The notes below the pieces were generated by a model. The model made no database searches. It was not told the DNA's origin and saw nothing but the letters and a program-made list of their open reading frames with translations. Position numbers and translations under genes: made by a program. A DNA stretch of 64,000 nucleotides from assembly GCA_045636385.1 (NCBI GenBank), contig JAZTXK010000002.1:15644-79643 (forward strand), written 5' to 3'. This stretch comes from Eubacteriales bacterium (GTDB lineage: Bacteria; Bacillota; Clostridia; Oscillospirales; CAG-272). The stretch's first letter is position 1, and every line of letters starts with the position of its first letter. Below, one piece after another: positions 19,851-29,480 of the stretch.

Positions 19851-20610
19851 TTGTGTACCTCACAGAGATTCCCGCATCGCGAAGACTTGCCTTCAGATCG
19901 GGTATTTTGATCTTGCCGAAATGGAAAATCGTTGCGGCAAGTCCGGCATCAACGCCGGGGAGAGTGTTAAACAGCGTTATAAAGTCCTCGATCGAGCCCG
20001 CACCGCCCGATGCAACGATCGGAACGTCGGCAACCTCGCTGACCGCGCGGAGCATTTCAATATCAAATCCACCGCCGACACCGTCGGTATCAATCGAATT
20101 GACAACTATCTCGCCCGCGCCGTTACGCACACCGCGCTCGATCCATTCTATAGCGTCGATACCTGTATCAACTCTGCCGCCGTTTTTGAAAAGACTGAAT
20201 CTTCCGTCCACGCGCTTGATGTCTGCGCTGAGGACGACGCATTGGCTTCCGTAGCGTTCAGCCGCGCGGGGGATGAGATCGGGATCGCTGATCGCGCCCG
20301 AATTTACGCTGACCTTATCAGCACCGCATTTGAGAACGCGGTCAAAATCGTCAAGCGTGCGGATACCGCCGCCGACCGTAAGAGGTATAAATACTTTAGA
20401 AGCAACCCGTCGGAGTGCGTCTGTAAAGAGCTGGCGTCCGTCCGAGGATGCGGTAATATCATAGAAAACAAGCTCGTCCGCGCCGCAATCGCTGTAAAAC
20501 TCGGCAAGCACCTCGGGCGAGGAAACGTCGCGCAGATCGGCGAAATTCACGCCCTTGACAACTCTGCCGTCGCGCACGTCAAGGCAGGGGATTATTCTTT
20601 TCGTAATCAT
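19843..20610 (-). CDS. hisF: imidazole glycerol phosphate synthase cyclase subunit HisF
   Basis: The track ORF is over-extended to 20781. The ATG at 20610 gives [20 protein letters not shown] and forms an ATGA overlap with the hisA stop. Confidence 0.95.
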   Translation of the reverse strand: MITKRIIPCLDVRDGRVVKGVNFADLRDVSSPEVLAEFYSDCGADELVFYDITASSDGRQLFTDALRRVASKVFIPLTVGGGIRTLDDFDRVLKCGADKVSVNSGAISDPDLIPRAAERYGSQCVVLSADIKRVDGRFSLFKNGGRVDTGIDAIEWIERGVRNGAGEIVVNSIDTDGVGGGFDIEMLRAVSEVADVPIVASGGAGSIEDFITLFNTLPGVDAGLAATIFHFGKIKIPDLKASLRDAGISVRYTNV

Positions 20611-21335
20611 TTTGCCGCCTCCGTCATTTCTACTGCGTGTCTGACGTCGATATCGCCCGTGTAGCACGCCTTTCCGACAATCGCGCCCCAAAGGCCGTCG
20701 ATCGCGCAAAGTGCCTCTATATCCGAATATGACGACACACCGCCCGACGCCACGATATTGCATCCCGCATAGGTCTTGCAAAGGTATTCGTAAAGAGCCA
20801 CGTTGGTGCCCTTCATTGCGCCGTCACGCGAGATGTCGGTAACGATAAAGTCGCACACGCCCTTTTCAATCATCGAAGCGAAGAAATCGTCGCGCTTCAT
20901 AGGCGCTTCCTCGAGCCATCCCTTAATGGCAACCGCCTCGCCGCGGAGATCTACTCCGACTACTACCCTGCCCTCGCATTCGCGCAGACAGTCTTCAAGC
21001 ATCTTGGGATCGGTAACGGCGGCTGTTCCGAGGATAACGCGCTCAACACCCGCGTCGAGATATTTTTTAGCCGTTTCAACAGAGCGAATACCTCCGCCGA
21101 TTTCAACCTTAAGTCCGCTCTCTTTGGCAAGCGCGGAAACAGTTTCTATATTCGGCGTGTTGCCGTCGCGCGCGCCCTCAAGGTCAACGGCGTGAAGCCA
21201 TTCCGCACCCGCCGCCTTAAAGCGCTTTGCGACCGCGAGAGGATCGTTATCATAAACGGTAAGCTTGTTATAATCGCCGTGAAGGAGTCTGACCGCCTTG
21301 CCGCCGATCAGATCTATTGCAGGAACTATTTTCAT
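20607..21335 (-). CDS. hisA: ProFAR isomerase HisA
   Basis: 242 aa beginning MKIVPAIDLIGGKAVRL. ATGA overlap with the hisH stop. Confidence 0.93.
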   Translation of the reverse strand: MKIVPAIDLIGGKAVRLLHGDYNKLTVYDNDPLAVAKRFKAAGAEWLHAVDLEGARDGNTPNIETVSALAKESGLKVEIGGGIRSVETAKKYLDAGVERVILGTAAVTDPKMLEDCLRECEGRVVVGVDLRGEAVAIKGWLEEAPMKRDDFFASMIEKGVCDFIVTDISRDGAMKGTNVALYEYLCKTYAGCNIVASGGVSSYSDIEALCAIDGLWGAIVGKACYTGDIDVRHAVEMTEAAK

Positions 21336-21973
21336 CTTGCACCTCCGAAATCGCCTTCACAGAAGTTTTTGAGTATTTTAAGTCCCGCCTTCGAGCTCTT
21401 TTCGGGGTGGAACTGGCATCCCATTACGTTGCCTCTGACAACCGCCGCCGTGATCGGCACTCCGCAGTCGCAAACGGCAACCGTGTCCGCCTCGCACTCG
21501 GAGGCATAATAGGAATGAACGAAATAAACGAATTCGCCCTCGTCGATATCGCGGAAAACTGGCGAGGATTCTTTAAGCTCCGCGTTCGGAAAATGAAGCG
21601 CGTTCCAACCCATCTGCGGAATCTTCAGTTCGGGAGCAATAACGCCGTCCATCGAAATGACCTTGCCGGGGATAAGTCCGAGTCCCTTGTGGCATCCGAA
21701 TTCATGGCTCTCGTCAAAGAGCATCTGCATTCCGAGGCAGATTCCCATCAGCGGTACACCCGCATTCGCGCGCTCGATGATAAGCTGATCGAGTCCGTTT
21801 TCGCGCAGTTTCGCCGCCGCGTCGCCGAAAGCACCGACACCGGGCAGAATTATTTTATCCGCCTTTGCTATCACCTCGGGATCGCCGCTTACAACGGCTT
21901 CCGCACCGACAGCGGCAAGTGAGGAACAAAGCGAGTAGAGATTTCCTACTCCGTAGTCAACAACGCACAGCAT
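21332..21973 (-). CDS. hisH: imidazole glycerol phosphate synthase glutaminase subunit HisH
   Basis: 213 aa with VVDYGVGNL, PGVGAF and GICLGMQ (catalytic Cys). Confidence 0.93.
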   Translation of the reverse strand: MLCVVDYGVGNLYSLCSSLAAVGAEAVVSGDPEVIAKADKIILPGVGAFGDAAAKLRENGLDQLIIERANAGVPLMGICLGMQMLFDESHEFGCHKGLGLIPGKVISMDGVIAPELKIPQMGWNALHFPNAELKESSPVFRDIDEGEFVYFVHSYYASECEADTVAVCDCGVPITAAVVRGNVMGCQFHPEKSSKAGLKILKNFCEGDFGGAR

Positions 21974-22560
21974 CAGAGAACTCCTTTGCTCGACGGAATT
22001 TCATCGGGGAAACGGCTGTCCTTTGCCGCCGCTGCGCGCATAGCTCTCGCACTCGCCTTGAAAGCGGCTTCAAGAATGTGATGCGCGTTCTTGCCCGCAA
22101 GCTTGCGCAGGTGCAGGCAGATATTAGATTCACGTACGAACGCAACAAAGAATTCCTCGCCGAGCTCGGTATCGAAAGTACCTACGCGCGGACGCTTGAT
22201 CTCGACCTGATAATCGAGGTAGGCTCTACCCGAAAGGTCAACGGCACAAAGCATCAGCGCCTCGTCCATCGGAAGAATAATATCACCGTAACGGCAGATG
22301 CCGCGGCGGTCTCCGAGCGCTTCGGCAAACGCCTTACCGAGACAGATTCCGACATCCTCGACGGTGTGGTGAGCGTCGACGTCGATATCTCCGTCGCAGA
22401 CCACGTCAAGATCGAATCCTCCGTGGCGGGCAAAGAGTGTCAGCATATGGTCAAAAAATCCAACACCCGTGTTTATATTGCTTTTTCCGCTTCCATCTAT
22501 ATTAAGAGTCAACTTAATTTTGGTTTCAGCGGTATTTCTTTCTATATTTGAAATTCTCAT
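21973..22560 (-). CDS. hisB: imidazoleglycerol-phosphate dehydratase HisB
   Basis: 195 aa with RNTAETKI, GFFDHML and HHTVEDVGI motifs. AAGGAG RBS. Confidence 0.95.
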   Translation of the reverse strand: MRISNIERNTAETKIKLTLNIDGSGKSNINTGVGFFDHMLTLFARHGGFDLDVVCDGDIDVDAHHTVEDVGICLGKAFAEALGDRRGICRYGDIILPMDEALMLCAVDLSGRAYLDYQVEIKRPRVGTFDTELGEEFFVAFVRESNICLHLRKLAGKNAHHILEAAFKASARAMRAAAAKDSRFPDEIPSSKGVL

Positions 22561-22563
22561 TTT

Positions 22564-23625
22564 TCACTCCTTAATAATCTCCGCTACGGCATTCACAAGC
22601 TCCGCCATATCTTCGGCAGTACCGATGCTGATGCGCAGATAGTCGCTTATTCTCGCCTTCGAGAAATGACGGACGAGGATTCCGCGCTCGCGCAGTTTGG
22701 CATACGCCTCACCACCCGAAATATTCGGCAGCTTTGCGAAAAGGAAATTCGCCTTACTCGGCAAAACCGTTGCGCCGAGAGCAATCAGCTTTTCGGCGGT
22801 TTCTTCTCTCACGCGAACGACCTCGCCGACCTTTTCCTCATAATAAGCCTTCGACGCATCGGTCAGCGCCGCCGCGCCCATACGGAGGGCAAGCGAATCA
22901 AGGTTGTAGGGATTGGTGGAATATTTCATAAGCTCGAGGTCCGCAATCAGTTCTGCGTTTCCGATAGCAAATCCGAGTCTCGCGCCCGCCATTCCGCGGG
23001 ATTTCGAATAGGTCATACAAACGAGAAGATTGTCATACTTCTTCGTAAGCGGAATCGCACTCTCGCCGCCGAAGTCAACGTATGCCTCGTCTATAACGAC
23101 CACGCGATCGGGATTCGCAGCAACGATTCGTTCGATATCCGAGATCGGAAGAGCCTTTCCCGTCGGAGCATTCGGATTTGCAATAACTATACCCTTGTCA
23201 AGTCCGATATAATCCTCGGGAACTATCGAGAAATCTTTATCGAGGGGAACTATCTTCGCGTCAATGCCGTAAAGATCGGCAAAAACCGAATAAAAGCCGT
23301 ATGTCAGATCGGCAAATGCAACGCCGTCCTCGAAAAAGCAGGCAAACGCAAAGTTCAGCGACTCGTCCGAGCCGTTCGAAACGAATACGTTTTCGGCATC
23401 GACGCCGTAATACTTTGCAAGTGCTTCTTTAAGATTCTTTGCCGTCGGATCGGAATAAAGACGGAGATCCGAGATTACGTCCGCATTTATCGCATCTATA
23501 ACGTCGGGCGCGGGCGGATAGGGAAATTCATTGGTATTGAGCTTTATATATCTCTTGTCCCTCGGCTGTTCGCCGGGGGTGTAAGCGTCAAGCGTTCTGT
23601 ATTTTTTTGCAAGGAAACGGCTCAT
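22564..23625 (-). CDS. hisC: histidinol-phosphate aminotransferase HisC
   Basis: 353 aa. Class-II aminotransferase with MTYSKSRGMAGARLG (PLP lysine). ATGA overlap with the hisD stop. Confidence 0.9.
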   Translation of the reverse strand: MSRFLAKKYRTLDAYTPGEQPRDKRYIKLNTNEFPYPPAPDVIDAINADVISDLRLYSDPTAKNLKEALAKYYGVDAENVFVSNGSDESLNFAFACFFEDGVAFADLTYGFYSVFADLYGIDAKIVPLDKDFSIVPEDYIGLDKGIVIANPNAPTGKALPISDIERIVAANPDRVVVIDEAYVDFGGESAIPLTKKYDNLLVCMTYSKSRGMAGARLGFAIGNAELIADLELMKYSTNPYNLDSLALRMGAAALTDASKAYYEEKVGEVVRVREETAEKLIALGATVLPSKANFLFAKLPNISGGEAYAKLRERGILVRHFSKARISDYLRISIGTAEDMAELVNAVAEIIKE

Positions 23626-24902
23626 TCGTATTCTCTCCCCATACGGCGCATAACGCTTCTCGCGTGCGCGTCAAATCCTTCGCTTCTCGCGAATTTATCA
23701 ACGTCCTCGGCAATATTTGCAAGAGCTTCGGCGGAAAAATAGGTAAACTGCATCTTCTTAACGAAGTCGTCAACCGAAAGCGGGCTGTAAAAACGCGCGG
23801 TTCCCGACGTGGGAAGTGTGTGGTTCGGTCCCGCCATATAGTCGCCGACCGCCTCGGGGCAATTTCTGCCGAGGAATACCGAGCCCGCGTTTCTCACCTT
23901 ATCGAGAAGTCCGAAGGGATCGTCAACGCAAAGTTCAAGGTGTTCGGGCGCGATACGGTTCGACATGGCAACCGCCTCGGCGATGCTGTCGACGATGATG
24001 ATAAGTCCGTGATCCTCAACCGAAGCGCGGGCAATTTCCTGTCTCGGAAGAACAGCAAGCTGTCTTTCGATTTCAAGAGTTACCTTTTCGGCAAGTTCTT
24101 CGCTTTCGGTAACAAGCACCGCAGACGCGCGCTTGTCGTGCTCTGCCTGAGAAAGCAGGTCTGCCGCAACGTAAACGGGATTCGAATTTCCATCCGCGAT
24201 AACGAGGATCTCGCTCGGTCCCGCGATCATATCAACGCCGACCTTGCCGCTGACCTGACGCTTCGCCTCGGCAACGTATGCGTTACCGGGTCCAACGATC
24301 TTGTCAACCGCGGGAATGCTTTCGGTACCGTAAGTCAGCGCGGCAACCGCCTGTGCACCGCCGCACTTGAATATGCGACCGACACCCGCAACTCGAGCCG
24401 CCGCGAGTATCTGCGCGGGGATGCTGCCGCCGCTGGGAGGCGTGACCATAATAATCTCGTCAACTCCCGCAATCTTCGCGGGGATACAGTTCATAAGAAC
24501 CGACGAGGGGTAAGCTGCAGTTCCGCCGGGAACGTAAAGTCCGACTCTTTCAAGCGGAATGACCTTCTGTCCTGCAAAAACGCCCTCGCGGCTGTTGCAG
24601 ATAAAGCCCTGACGCACCTGACGGCTGTGGAAATCGCGGATATTCGCCGCCGCGCGCTCGAGCATACCGATGTAAGCATCCCCAACCTTATCGCACGCCG
24701 CGTCTATTTCTTCTTTAGATACCTCGAGCGAATCAAGCTCCGCTCTGTCAAATTTGAGTGCATATTCTTTGAGCGCAACGTCGCCGCGCTCCTTAACGTC
24801 CGCGATGATCTCGCTGACGGTGGCGGATACGTCGGAAGCACCGCCTATTCTGTCAAATATCTCGCTGTCGCTGATATCTTTTCTGTATACTGTTCTGATC
24901 AT
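23622..24902 (-). CDS. hisD: histidinol dehydrogenase HisD
   Basis: 426 aa with AGPSEILVIAD, SQAEHD and PEHLEL motifs. Confidence 0.95.
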   Translation of the reverse strand: MIRTVYRKDISDSEIFDRIGGASDVSATVSEIIADVKERGDVALKEYALKFDRAELDSLEVSKEEIDAACDKVGDAYIGMLERAAANIRDFHSRQVRQGFICNSREGVFAGQKVIPLERVGLYVPGGTAAYPSSVLMNCIPAKIAGVDEIIMVTPPSGGSIPAQILAAARVAGVGRIFKCGGAQAVAALTYGTESIPAVDKIVGPGNAYVAEAKRQVSGKVGVDMIAGPSEILVIADGNSNPVYVAADLLSQAEHDKRASAVLVTESEELAEKVTLEIERQLAVLPRQEIARASVEDHGLIIIVDSIAEAVAMSNRIAPEHLELCVDDPFGLLDKVRNAGSVFLGRNCPEAVGDYMAGPNHTLPTSGTARFYSPLSVDDFVKKMQFTYFSAEALANIAEDVDKFARSEGFDAHARSVMRRMGREYE

Positions 24903-24904
24903 TT

Positions 24905-25537
24905 TTATTCCTTATTTTCAAACGCACGGCAGACGCGCATTATCTGCTCGCCCTTGAATTTCATGCTCGCCTTGTTGGCGATGAGCCGTGCACTGATATC
25001 GCAAATTTTATTGAATTCCACAAGACCGTTAGCCTTGAGTGTGCTTCCCGTCTCGACTATATCGACGATAACGTCGGAAAGTCCGAGAAGCGGTGCAAGC
25101 TCGATCGAGCCATTAAGCTTGATTATATCTATCCTTCTGCCGAGCGAAGCGTAATACTGCCCCGCAATATTCGTAAATTTCGTTGCCACGCGTAAAGTTT
25201 TTGATCTGTCGTCGATAAAATCCGACTTCGCCGCGACAGCCATTCTGCATTTACCGAGCTCAAGATCGAAAAGCTCGTAGACGTCGGGGGAATATTCAAG
25301 AAGGATATCCTTGCCCGCTACACCGATATCCGCCGCGCCGCGCTCAACGTAGATCGCAACGTCGGAGGGCTTTACCCAGAAGAAGCGGAGAGTGCCTTCG
25401 GCATTTTCAAAAACGAGCTTACGGCTTTCCTTGCGGATGCCCTCGGCTTCCATTCCCTCGCGCTCAAAATAGGAATAGACCTTTTCGCCGAGTCTGCCCT
25501 TCGGAAGGGCAACGTTCAAATATTTTCTGTTTTCCAT
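24905..25537 (-). CDS. hisG: ATP phosphoribosyltransferase, short form HisG
   Basis: The track ORF is over-extended to 25672. The ATG at 25537 gives MENRKYLNVALPKGRL (210 aa) and is preceded by GGAGG inside the hisZ end. Confidence 0.92.
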   Translation of the reverse strand: MENRKYLNVALPKGRLGEKVYSYFEREGMEAEGIRKESRKLVFENAEGTLRFFWVKPSDVAIYVERGAADIGVAGKDILLEYSPDVYELFDLELGKCRMAVAAKSDFIDDRSKTLRVATKFTNIAGQYYASLGRRIDIIKLNGSIELAPLLGLSDVIVDIVETGSTLKANGLVEFNKICDISARLIANKASMKFKGEQIMRVCRAFENKE

Positions 25538-25538
25538 T

Positions 25539-26639
25539 TCAGACCTCCGCATTGCCAAGCACGATGACCTCGGCACATCTTTCCGCGCCCGCGCTGCCCT
25601 TTTGAACGAGAACCGTCTTTCCCGACTCGCGGATCTTCTTGACCGCCGCCGCAGTCGCTTCGGGAGAAGCATCTCCGCAAACGAGCATCACGTCAGCCGC
25701 ATAGTTCTTTTCGCCGTCGTCGAGGCGTTCGAGCAGATCGGTGTAAAGCGCAAATCCGAGACCGCTACCCGCGCGACCCATCTTTTTCATCAGCTTGCCG
25801 TATTCTCCGCCCTTCAGCACTGCCTCGGCAACGCCGTCGATATAGCCGTCAAAAACGGTGCCGTCGTAGTAATTCATTCCGTGAACGACCGAGAAATCGA
25901 GAGAAACGCATTCGGCTTCCGAGTCGGTCAGCGTATTTGCGATAAGCTCAAGCATTGAAAGAGCCGCCGCCGACTTTTCGTTCGAATCAAAGCCGAGAGA
26001 ACGGAGCTCCTTGACCGCTTTCTTCAGCGGACAAGAAAATCTCGAAAAACCAATAAGCTTTTTCGCGTTTTCGGGAGAAATGCCGTTCTTTTCGCAAAGA
26101 AGCGAGATCATCGGCGCGTTTTTATCCTTCAGCGCATCCGCAAAATCCGCGCGCGCATCGGTAGGAATTCCGAAAATATCGAAAAGTCCCGAAACAAGTC
26201 CCGTGTGGGAGATATCGAGTTTATACTCGCGTCCTGTCATTTCGAGCGTTTTACAAGCAAGAGAAACGACCTCGGCGCGGTCATACCCGCAAAGATCACC
26301 GATGCATTCAAGGCCGATCTGAAGTATCTCCTTGAATTCATCGCCGCCCGCAGGCACGCGGTAAACGCTTTCGCTGTAAAAGAACTTATCGCATCTACCC
26401 GTCTCCTCCGCAGCGTCACGGATGATGGACATCGTAATATCGGGCTTGAGCGCGAGAAGTCTTCCGCCCGCGCCCGTGAAAGTTATCATCTGGCCGCTGG
26501 TCAGAAAGTCGCGGTACTGCGAGAAAAGATCGTATTCCTCAAAACCGACGGTGCGGTAACACGAATAACCCGCCGAGGAATAAAGCGAGCGCAGGAGGCT
26601 TGGCAATTCATCAATAATTCTGCCCTTGATCTTATTCAT
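25539..26639 (-). CDS. hisZ: ATP phosphoribosyltransferase regulatory subunit HisZ
   Basis: Class-II aaRS-like paralogue next to short hisG. The track start (26663) is a TTG. The ATG at 26639 overlaps the stop of the upstream yerC-like gene (ATGAATAA). Confidence 0.85.
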   Translation of the reverse strand: MNKIKGRIIDELPSLLRSLYSSAGYSCYRTVGFEEYDLFSQYRDFLTSGQMITFTGAGGRLLALKPDITMSIIRDAAEETGRCDKFFYSESVYRVPAGGDEFKEILQIGLECIGDLCGYDRAEVVSLACKTLEMTGREYKLDISHTGLVSGLFDIFGIPTDARADFADALKDKNAPMISLLCEKNGISPENAKKLIGFSRFSCPLKKAVKELRSLGFDSNEKSAAALSMLELIANTLTDSEAECVSLDFSVVHGMNYYDGTVFDGYIDGVAEAVLKGGEYGKLMKKMGRAGSGLGFALYTDLLERLDDGEKNYAADVMLVCGDASPEATAAAVKKIRESGKTVLVQKGSAGAERCAEVIVLGNAEV

Positions 26640-26949
26640 CACTCTTCGCCTCTTTTCCCTCAAGCTTATCGAGAACGGTTCTGTAACCGCCGTTGCCGTA
26701 ATAAAGAGAACGCTTGACTCGGCTTATCGTCGCCGTGCTTGCGCCCGTCTTCTCCGCCGCGTCGCCGTACGACATTCCAGCGTCAATGCATTTCGCGACT
26801 TCAAGACGCTTTGCCATTTCGTCTAGCTCCGCGACGGTGCAAAGATCATTAAAGAAGCTCTCGCATTCCTCGGGAGTTTCAAGCAAGGAAATAGCTCGCC
26901 AAAGCTCGTGCATTCTCTCTTTAGATATGTTTCTGATATCTTTATTCAT
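26632..26949 (-). CDS. YerC/YecD-family TrpR-like DNA-binding protein, first cistron of the his operon
   Basis: 105 aa. FFNDLCTVAELDEMAKRLEVAKCI...SYGDAAEKTGASTATISRVKRSL matches the TrpR-related YerC/YecD pattern with its HTH. Confidence 0.8.
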   Translation of the reverse strand: MNKDIRNISKERMHELWRAISLLETPEECESFFNDLCTVAELDEMAKRLEVAKCIDAGMSYGDAAEKTGASTATISRVKRSLYYGNGGYRTVLDKLEGKEAKSDE

Positions 26950-27003
26950 TCAAAAAACCTACACTTTCAAGAGTATTTTTCTTTAACTCTTTAGTATGCT
27001 AAA

Positions 27004-27032
27004 ATGATAACACATTGAAAGCGATTTGTCAA
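27004..27032 (-). promoter_or_regulatory. sigma-A promoter of the yerC-like/his operon
   Basis: -35 TTGACA (complement of 27027-27032), 17-nt spacer, TG-extended -10 TATCAT (complement of 27004-27009). Confidence 0.7.
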
Positions 27033-27063
27033 GTCTTTTTATCAAAAAAATCTGCAATTTATC

Positions 27064-27095
27064 AAAAAATCGACGGCTCGATCGAGCCGTCGATT
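27064..27095 (-). terminator. intrinsic terminator after the HAD gene
   Basis: 13-bp stem AATCGACGGCTCG / CGAGCCGTCGATT (27069-27095). The minus strand then reads TTTTTTGAT. Confidence 0.8.
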
Positions 27096-27101
27096 GAAAT
27101 T

Positions 27102-27773
27102 TTAGGTAAGATCGAAGTTTTTCCAGTTTGCAAAATTGTCAAACGCGCCGTCAACGCCGCCGACACTTTCGTATCTTTCGGGCGTGTAGCCGGGACCGAA
27201 GCCGTAAACTCTGCCGATATTCGCACGCTTTGCCGCGAGAACGCCCGAAAGAGAATCCTCAAAGACCATGCAATCCTCGGGCTTTCTGCCAAGCAGCTTT
27301 GCTGAGCGGACATAAATCTCGGGATCGGGCTTGCCGGGCATAATGCCGTCGTCATAGATAATGTGCTCCCAATCGAACCAACGCTCAAGATGGAAATATT
27401 CAAAATAACACTTGACGTTATTGATCTCCGAGCCCGTCGCGATCATCATGGGATAGCCTTCCGCTTTGAGATAGTCAAGGAATTCCTCAACTCCGGGAAC
27501 AAGCACAAAGGTGGGGTCAAGAACAGCGCGGCGGCGATACTCGGCTTCCTTTTCATAGGTGAGTCTTTCGATCTCCTCTTGGGTCAGAGGGCTGAAAAAC
27601 CTTGTAAGAATCTCGGTGTTACTGCATCCAAGCAAGTTCTTTTCTGCTTCCTCGTCGGTGAGAGGCTCACGACCGTGCTCGGGGAAAAAGTCCTTCCAAA
27701 CTGCCTTGTGGATATGCGAATCGAGCACGAGAGTGCCGTTGAAATCGAATATCATACCCTTCTTTTCGCTCAT
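27102..27773 (-). CDS. HAD-IA family hydrolase (beta-phosphoglucomutase/phosphatase-like)
   Basis: 223 aa. Motif I reads FDFNGTL, with Asn where the second Asp usually sits. Later motifs are ATGS and GKPDPE...FEDS. AAGGAAG RBS 21 nt after the trpB2 stop. Confidence 0.8.
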   Translation of the reverse strand: MSEKKGMIFDFNGTLVLDSHIHKAVWKDFFPEHGREPLTDEEAEKNLLGCSNTEILTRFFSPLTQEEIERLTYEKEAEYRRRAVLDPTFVLVPGVEEFLDYLKAEGYPMMIATGSEINNVKCYFEYFHLERWFDWEHIIYDDGIMPGKPDPEIYVRSAKLLGRKPEDCMVFEDSLSGVLAAKRANIGRVYGFGPGYTPERYESVGGVDGAFDNFANWKNFDLT

Positions 27774-27794
27774 AATTTTACTTCCTTTTCTATA

Positions 27795-29168
27795 TTAATC
27801 AATAACGGGCATACCCGCAAAGCCGCGAGCGATCTCCTCGTCGGTGGGTGCGTAATCGGTCAGCTGACCGTCGTTGTATTTTCCGTAAGCGAGCATATCG
27901 AAGTAACCCGTTCCGGTCAGACCGAAAACGATAGTCTTCTCTTCGCCCGTTTCCTTGCACTTAAGCGCCTCGTCGATAGCGACCTTGATCGCGTGCGAGC
28001 TTTCGGGCGCGGGAAGGATACCCTCGACTCTCGCGAACTCAACAGCCGCCTCAAAGACCTCGGTCTGCTTGACCGAAACAGCCTCCATAAGTCCCTGATC
28101 GTAGAGCGCGGAGAGAGTGGTGTTCATGCCGTGGTAGCGCAGACCGCCCGAATGGTGCGGCGCGGGGATAAATCCGCTACCGAGAGTATACATCTTCGCA
28201 AGCGGGCAGACCATGCCGGTGTCGCAATAGTCGTATGCGTATTTACCTCTTGTGAGCGAGGGGCAGGATGCGGGTTCAACCGCGATGAAGCGGTAATCAG
28301 CCTCGCCGCGGAGCTTTTCGCCCATAAAGGGAGCGATAAGCCCGCCGAGGTTCGAGCCGCCGCCCGCACAACCGATGATGATATCAGCCTTTTCGCCGTA
28401 TTTATCGAGCGCGGTCTTGGTTTCAAGTCCGATTACGGACTGGTGAAGCATTACTTGATTGAGCACGCTTCCGAGAACGTAGCGGTAGCCTTCGGTGGTA
28501 GAAGCGACTTCAACAGCCTCGGAGATCGCACAGCCAAGGCTTCCCGAGGTTCCGGGATGCGCCTCGAGGATCTTTCTGCCGACCTCGGTGTCCATAGAGG
28601 GCGAGGGAGTAACTGTCGCGCCGTAGGTCTTCATAACCTCGCGGCGGTGCGGCTTCTGCTCGTAGGAAACCTTAACCATATATACCTTGCAGTCGAGTCC
28701 GAGGTATGCGCACGCCATCGAAAGTGCAGTGCCCCACTGGCCCGCACCCGTTTCGGTGGTAACACCCTTGAGCCCCTGCATCTTCGCGTAGTAAGCCTGC
28801 GCGATCGCGGAATTGAGCTTGTGGCTTCCGCTTGTATTGTTTCCTTCAAATTTATAATATATCTTCGCGGGCGTACCGAGCTTTTCCTCAAGGCAGTATG
28901 CGCGGATGAGGGGCGCGGGGCGGTACATCTTGTAGAAATCGCGGATTATATCGGGAATTTTGAAAAATCTCGTAGTGTCATCAAGCTCCTGACGGATAGC
29001 CTCGTCACAAAAAACGGGAGCAAGCGCCTCGGGAGTGATCGGCTTGAGTGTTGCGGGATCAAGAAGCGGAGCGGGTTTGTTCGTCATATCTGCACGGAGG
29101 TTGTACCATTCGCGCGGAAGCTCGTTTTCGCTCAGATAAATTTTGTAGGGAATCTGTTTCTTTTCCAT
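27795..29168 (-). CDS. trpB: tryptophan synthase beta chain, TrpB2 (stand-alone long form)
   Basis: The track ORF is over-extended to 29264. The ATG at 29168 has an AAAGGAG RBS, giving 457 aa. GSHKLNSA carries the PLP lysine. The long N-terminus is typical of TrpB2. Confidence 0.88.
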   Translation of the reverse strand: MEKKQIPYKIYLSENELPREWYNLRADMTNKPAPLLDPATLKPITPEALAPVFCDEAIRQELDDTTRFFKIPDIIRDFYKMYRPAPLIRAYCLEEKLGTPAKIYYKFEGNNTSGSHKLNSAIAQAYYAKMQGLKGVTTETGAGQWGTALSMACAYLGLDCKVYMVKVSYEQKPHRREVMKTYGATVTPSPSMDTEVGRKILEAHPGTSGSLGCAISEAVEVASTTEGYRYVLGSVLNQVMLHQSVIGLETKTALDKYGEKADIIIGCAGGGSNLGGLIAPFMGEKLRGEADYRFIAVEPASCPSLTRGKYAYDYCDTGMVCPLAKMYTLGSGFIPAPHHSGGLRYHGMNTTLSALYDQGLMEAVSVKQTEVFEAAVEFARVEGILPAPESSHAIKVAIDEALKCKETGEEKTIVFGLTGTGYFDMLAYGKYNDGQLTDYAPTDEEIARGFAGMPVID

Positions 29169-29204
29169 TTTGTTTTCTCCTTTTTGGGTGCATTTCTTGT
29201 TCGG

Positions 29205-29478
29205 GCAGGAAAAACAAAAAATCCCCGCCCCAAATGCCGGGACAGGAAATACCTGCGGTGCCACCCTGCTTGACGTTAGCCGAAGGCTAACACCCTCTCA
29301 ACGTGTACTTCATACACTCGTTCTGTAACGGGAACACCCGTCTCGGCTACTCTCGCTCTCGCAATTTCACCTCGCCCTCAAAAGCCCATTCGCAAGCCCT
29401 ATCCCGCCGCGATCACACCACCCGCGACTCTCTGAACAGAATCGAAACCTACTACTCTTCTTTCTCATCGGTTTAAAA
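29205..29478 (-). promoter_or_regulatory. T-box leader RNA, tryptophan specifier (UGG), with intrinsic terminator
   Basis: All elements read on the minus strand. K-turn-like GATGAGA and AGAGAG/GGTG stem-I elements are present. The specifier loop GAA-UGG-G has its codon at the complement of 29386-29388. The T-box sequence AGCAGGGTGGCACCGCAGG is the complement of 29252-29270. A hairpin plus TTTTTTGTTTTT (complement of about 29210-29243) sits just upstream of the trpB2 RBS. Confidence 0.82.
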
Positions 29479-29480
29479 AT

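Noticed and set aside
19843-20781. N-terminal extensions of track ORFs for hisF, hisG (to 25672), trpB2 (to 29264), chrA (to 40109), pflB (to 42969), hisZ and others
   Set aside because: The extensions begin at upstream in-frame (often non-ATG) codons inside the preceding gene or leader and lack RBSs. Internal ATGs with GGAGG-type RBSs give canonical N-termini such as [12 protein letters not shown] for HisF.
27363-29273. 636-aa plus-strand ORF spanning two genes
   Set aside because: It is antisense to trpB2 and the HAD gene, which happen to share a frame. It also runs through the T-box terminator. Shadow ORF.
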